Shown piece by piece: positions 60,000 to 64,000 of a stretch of DNA of 64,000 nucleotides (position 1 is the first letter of the stretch; each line of letters starts with the position of its first letter). The position numbers and the translations under genes are program-made. The notes under the pieces are model-generated. The model saw only the letters and a program-made list of their open reading frames with translations. It ran no database searches and had not been told where the DNA came from. The stretch comes from Treponemataceae bacterium (lineage in GTDB: Bacteria; Spirochaetota; Spirochaetia; Treponematales; Rectinemataceae), in NCBI GenBank assembly GCA_963678065.2, contig CAXXVZ010000003.1, positions 1,664,001 to 1,728,000 on the forward strand, in the 5' to 3' direction.

Positions 60000-61934
60000 A
60001 TGTCCAAGAAGCGAATCTCGTTCGTGATCGCTCTGGCGCTGGCGGCGGCACTTTTGCTGCCCGTGAGCGTCTTCGCGCTCAACTACTCAGGCAGCCAAGG
60101 GAACGCCGCCACCTTCGAGACCCTCGAGGAAACCCGCCTCAGCAGCCCGGCTGCCGTCGCCAACCTCGAGACCAACGTCGGAAAGCCCTTCAAGTCCCAC
60201 CCCGTCCTCGACGGCTACCCCAAGGGCACGACCTACGTCTATCGCTCGGCCGAGATGTACGGCGGACGGGCCGCGGCCAGGCTCAACACCAACATCCTGG
60301 TCTTCTCCGACCAGTCCTTCGCCGGCAAAGGCCCTGCCCTCAACTACCTCAAGGACCTCGGCCTCATCAAGATCATCGACCAGGCCGTAGGCAGCGTCGT
60401 CCTCGTCACCCCAGCCGATCCCAAGGCGGGCTTCGGCCAGGCCGACCAGAAGAACTACTACGCCCTCCAGACAGCCATGCTCGCCCAGAAGGCTTCGGAG
60501 ACCTCCGGCAAGATAACGACCTACTACTCCGACGCCGAGTACTTCGGCGGCTACGGCTACACCTACGTCATCGGCATCGACGGCGGGGCTACCTTCCTCA
60601 ACAACTACGTGGCCGGCACCTTCGACTACGTCAGCAGGATAGCCGGCATGCTCCTGGTCAACGGCAAGATGGACAGCATCCGCAACGTCGCTTCCCTGGT
60701 CCCGGCCTACTTGGTCAACGCCCCGGACTCGGTCGTTGAGAAGTACAGGAAGGCCAACGGCACCGACGCCTACGCCAGGGAAGGCGGGGTCGAGACCTAC
60801 TCCAACCAGGCCTTCCCCCTCAGGAAGGTCGTCGTCAACAACGACGTGACCGCGAACTTGGCCTCCATCGTCAGCGACGCCTACTACAACCTGTTCATCA
60901 AGGCCATGAGAGTGCCCGTCGTGCTGCAGGGGCTCTACACCGCCGCCACCCCCTACCAGGGCTACAACTTCGACGAGGCGCCCTATTCCCTCTGCGACAG
61001 GAACGCCGTGATCGACGGGGTGACTGCGGACGGGATCCACCTGATCCGCCATAAGGAAGAACGCTTCAGCGACGTCAAGACCGCGGCTGGCGAGTACCTT
61101 CAGACCTGGTTCGAGTACCTGCCCAAGGAAGTGTTGAACAACAGCGCCCCGAAGGGAAGCGTGCCCCTCATCCTGGCCAACCACGGTGGCGGGGATGATC
61201 CTCGCGTATTCGTCGACGAGATCGGCCTGCTCGACCTTGCCGGCTCGGAACGCTTCGCCATCGTGGCCCCGGACGAACAGTACCTCTGGACGACGAAGAA
61301 AGACGATCCGACGGCTGAAATGACCTGCGAAGTGACGCCTCGCCTCGCAAGGTACATGCTGGCGACCTATCCGGCCCTGGATCCCTCCCGTGTCTACGTC
61401 ACCGGCTACTCCATGGGCGGCGGCGCTACGCTCAAGAACCTGAATGGCGACCCCTCGTTGTTCGCGGCGGGGATCGTCATGGCCGCCTCGAGCTATGTTG
61501 GGACGCCTGCCCAGGTCGCCGTATTCAACAAGATCGATCTGCCTGTCATGTTCTGCACGTCGTCCTTTGACATGCCCGCGGTCGGAGCCTTCGACCAGGC
61601 CACGGGAACAATCGCCGCCGGCTTCCAAAAGCAGATCAACCTCTTCCTCGGCTATAACGGAATCCCGAAAATCAGCGCGTTTGACTTCGCCGCGTATCCG
61701 ATCGCCGGATTCAAGGCCGACAAGGTCGTGAACGAGACGCTCAACGGCGAGCACAAGAATACCCGTTGGTTCATGAACAACAGCGATGACGTACCCATGG
61801 TCGCCCTCAGCTTCACCGAGGACCTGGTGCATGCCCTGTATCCGGAATACGGCAGGGTCCTGTGGGATTTTGCCAAGCACTATTCCAGGAATCCAGAGAC
61901 CGGCGCGATCCGCTACAACCCCTACATCAAATAA
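60000..61934 (+). CDS. Secreted two-domain alpha/beta hydrolase, paralogue 2
   Basis: Same architecture; first ~400 aa nearly identical to paralogue 1; GGAGG RBS. Confidence 0.8.
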   Translation: MSKKRISFVIALALAAALLLPVSVFALNYSGSQGNAATFETLEETRLSSPAAVANLETNVGKPFKSHPVLDGYPKGTTYVYRSAEMYGGRAAARLNTNILVFSDQSFAGKGPALNYLKDLGLIKIIDQAVGSVVLVTPADPKAGFGQADQKNYYALQTAMLAQKASETSGKITTYYSDAEYFGGYGYTYVIGIDGGATFLNNYVAGTFDYVSRIAGMLLVNGKMDSIRNVASLVPAYLVNAPDSVVEKYRKANGTDAYAREGGVETYSNQAFPLRKVVVNNDVTANLASIVSDAYYNLFIKAMRVPVVLQGLYTAATPYQGYNFDEAPYSLCDRNAVIDGVTADGIHLIRHKEERFSDVKTAAGEYLQTWFEYLPKEVLNNSAPKGSVPLILANHGGGDDPRVFVDEIGLLDLAGSERFAIVAPDEQYLWTTKKDDPTAEMTCEVTPRLARYMLATYPALDPSRVYVTGYSMGGGATLKNLNGDPSLFAAGIVMAASSYVGTPAQVAVFNKIDLPVMFCTSSFDMPAVGAFDQATGTIAAGFQKQINLFLGYNGIPKISAFDFAAYPIAGFKADKVVNETLNGEHKNTRWFMNNSDDVPMVALSFTEDLVHALYPEYGRVLWDFAKHYSRNPETGAIRYNPYIK

Positions 61935-62054
61935 GTCTTCGCCCCCCGATCGCCCGAAGGAGAATAGCTACGGCGCCTGCCCTCCTTCGGGCCGTTCGGG
62001 GATAGGGCATGATCACCATGGCATACGCCGTATCGAACAAACACGGAGGTCTAT

Positions 62055-63986
62055 ATGGTAAAACCAAGATCCTTTCTGATGATCGTCCTGGCGCTCGCGA
62101 TAGCTTTGACGCTACCGTTGAGCATATTCGCTGCGAACCTCTATACTGGCAGCCAGGGAAACACCGCCACCTTCGAAACCCTCGAGGAAACCCGCCTCAG
62201 CAGCCCCAAAGCCGTCGCCAACCTTGAGACCAACGTCGGCAAGGCCTTCAAGTCCCACCCCGTCCTCGACGCCTACCCCAAGGGCACGACCTATGTCTAT
62301 CGCTCGCCCAATCTCAACGGGGGAAGAGCCGCCGCCAGGCTCAACACCGACATCCTGGTCTTTGCCGAGAAAACCTTCGCCGACAAGGGCGCCGCCCTCA
62401 AGTACATCGATGACCTTGGCCTGATCGACATCATCAACCAGGCCATCGGCAGCGTCATCCTCGTCACCCCATCCGATCCCAAGGCCGGCTTCGGACAGGC
62501 CGACCAGAAGAACTACTACGCCCTCCAGACCGCCATGCTCGCCCAGAAGGCTTCGGAGAGAGCTGGCACGGTCACGACCTACTACTCCGACGCCGAGTAC
62601 TTCGGCGGTTTCGGCTACACCTACGTGATCGGCATCGACGGCGGAGCCACCTTCCTGAACAACTACGTCGCCGGCACCTTCGACTACGTCAGCAGGATAG
62701 CCGGCATGCTCCTGGTAAACGGAAAGATGGACAGCATCCGCGCCGTCGCCTCCCTGGTCCCGACCTACCTGGTCAACGCCCCTGACTCGGTCGTGGAGAA
62801 GTACAAGAAGGCCAACGGCACCGACGCCAACGCCAGGGCCGGCGAGGTCGAGACCTTCTACAACCAGGCGCTTCCGCTCAAGAAGGTCGTGGTTGCAAGC
62901 GATGCGTATCCCGACGCAGGGAAGTACATCAAGGACGCCTACTACAACCTCTTCATCAAGGCCATGCGCCTGCCCGTGCTCAAGCAGGGCTTGTTCAGCG
63001 CCTCCACTCCGTATCAGAGCTACAACCTCGACCAGGCGCCGTACTCCCTCTGCGAGCGGAACGCCGTGATCGACGGGGTGACCGAGGACGGGATCTATGT
63101 CGTCAAACACAATGAGGATAGGTTCAAGGACCTTAAGACCCCGGAAGGCGACTATCTCCAGATATGGTTTGAGTACCTCCCCGATGAAGTCTTCAGTGGG
63201 ACAGCCGCGAAGGGGACGGTTCCCCTCATCCTGGCCAATCACGGAAGCGGTGACGATCCTCGCGGTCTCGTCGACGAACTCGGCTTGCTCGACCTTGCTG
63301 GGAAAGAGCGTTTCGTCGTCGTCTCCCCCGAACATCAGTACATCAGCGGCGAATCCAAGACGATAGAGCTAAAAGCCCTGCCCGCCCTTGTTGAATACAT
63401 GCTGGCTACCTACCCTGCCCTGGACCCCTCCCGCGTTTACGTCATGGGCTACTCCATGGGCGCCGGCGCGACGCTCAAGGCGATCTACGGCAAACCTTCC
63501 CTTTTCGCGGCCGCGGCTCCGATGTCGCCGATACCGGGTTTCGGGGCGCCCTATGCCCCGACTGACGCTGACATGGCTGTCTATGCTGGTATCGATCTGC
63601 CTGTCCTCTTCGAGACGTCCGAGAACGACCTCGCCGTCACCTTCGACCAGAAACTGCAAGGTATTTCTCCCGCGTACCAGACGATCTTTAGAAGATTCCT
63701 CGGCGTCAACGAATTGAAGCCCATCGAGTCCTTCGACTTCGACACGTATAAGCTCAGCGGATTCAAGGCTGACAAGGTCGTGAGCCTGCGGCTCAACGGA
63801 GAATACGGGAATACCACGTGGTATCTCAACAACGACAAGGACGTGCCGATGGTGGCCTTGACCATCACCGAAGGCCTTGTCCATGCCCTCTACCCCGAAT
63901 ACGCGAAGCTCGGCTGGAATTTTCTCAAGCACTACTCGCGCGACCAGAAAACCGGCGAGATCAAGTACGACCCCACGATAAAATAA
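62055..63986 (+). CDS. Secreted two-domain alpha/beta hydrolase, paralogue 3
   Basis: Same architecture; HGSG, GYSMGA, LVHALYPE; GGAGG RBS. Confidence 0.8.
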   Translation: MVKPRSFLMIVLALAIALTLPLSIFAANLYTGSQGNTATFETLEETRLSSPKAVANLETNVGKAFKSHPVLDAYPKGTTYVYRSPNLNGGRAAARLNTDILVFAEKTFADKGAALKYIDDLGLIDIINQAIGSVILVTPSDPKAGFGQADQKNYYALQTAMLAQKASERAGTVTTYYSDAEYFGGFGYTYVIGIDGGATFLNNYVAGTFDYVSRIAGMLLVNGKMDSIRAVASLVPTYLVNAPDSVVEKYKKANGTDANARAGEVETFYNQALPLKKVVVASDAYPDAGKYIKDAYYNLFIKAMRLPVLKQGLFSASTPYQSYNLDQAPYSLCERNAVIDGVTEDGIYVVKHNEDRFKDLKTPEGDYLQIWFEYLPDEVFSGTAAKGTVPLILANHGSGDDPRGLVDELGLLDLAGKERFVVVSPEHQYISGESKTIELKALPALVEYMLATYPALDPSRVYVMGYSMGAGATLKAIYGKPSLFAAAAPMSPIPGFGAPYAPTDADMAVYAGIDLPVLFETSENDLAVTFDQKLQGISPAYQTIFRRFLGVNELKPIESFDFDTYKLSGFKADKVVSLRLNGEYGNTTWYLNNDKDVPMVALTITEGLVHALYPEYAKLGWNFLKHYSRDQKTGEIKYDPTIK

Positions 63987-64000
63987 GTCCCCTCTTTTCG

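Noticed and set aside
57914..63986. Paralogue array as a diversity-generating retroelement or CRISPR-like system
   Set aside because: No reverse transcriptase, no adenine-specific template/variable pair, no repeat-spacer structure

Overview
GC-rich bacterial chromosomal window, probably from an anaerobic spirochaete. This is an inference from the BpuR-like PUR protein, long-form uracil phosphoribosyltransferase, RecJ with a large insert and plant-like IlvC. (1) 1-36.9 kb is mostly housekeeping and metabolic genes: a buk-ptb-2-oxoacid:ferredoxin oxidoreductase operon, a 30-aa bS22-like ribosomal protein missed by the ORF track, rnhB, a GH3 enzyme, trxB, dksA, infA, nudC, upp, pduL, recO, pdp, recJ, tRNA-Gln(CTG) and tRNA-Glu(CTC). 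(2) 37.1-51.1 kb is an apparently intact divergent sugar-utilisation locus of unknown substrate: GH50-like and DUF6259-like glycosidases, ABC importer, mutarotase, FucI/AraA-like isomerase, ROK kinase, PMI-like cupin and RpiR. (3) 51.1-56.3 kb is a deletion-collapsed cluster of gene remnants (lacI'-'arsC in-frame chimera, ilvB, ilvN, ilvC, DUF362, dctP, internally deleted araB), with two copies of one promoter+operator module, followed by an intact-looking araA. (4) 57.9-64 kb is a tandem array of three mosaic secreted paralogues, each with a GxDxG alpha/beta-hydrolase-like N-domain and a variable GxSxG esterase C-domain. A small TA-flanked MITE-like element and a long intergenic RNA-like hairpin are also present. 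I saw no CRISPR array, integrase, transposase or rRNA. All family assignments come from motif recognition, not database searches.
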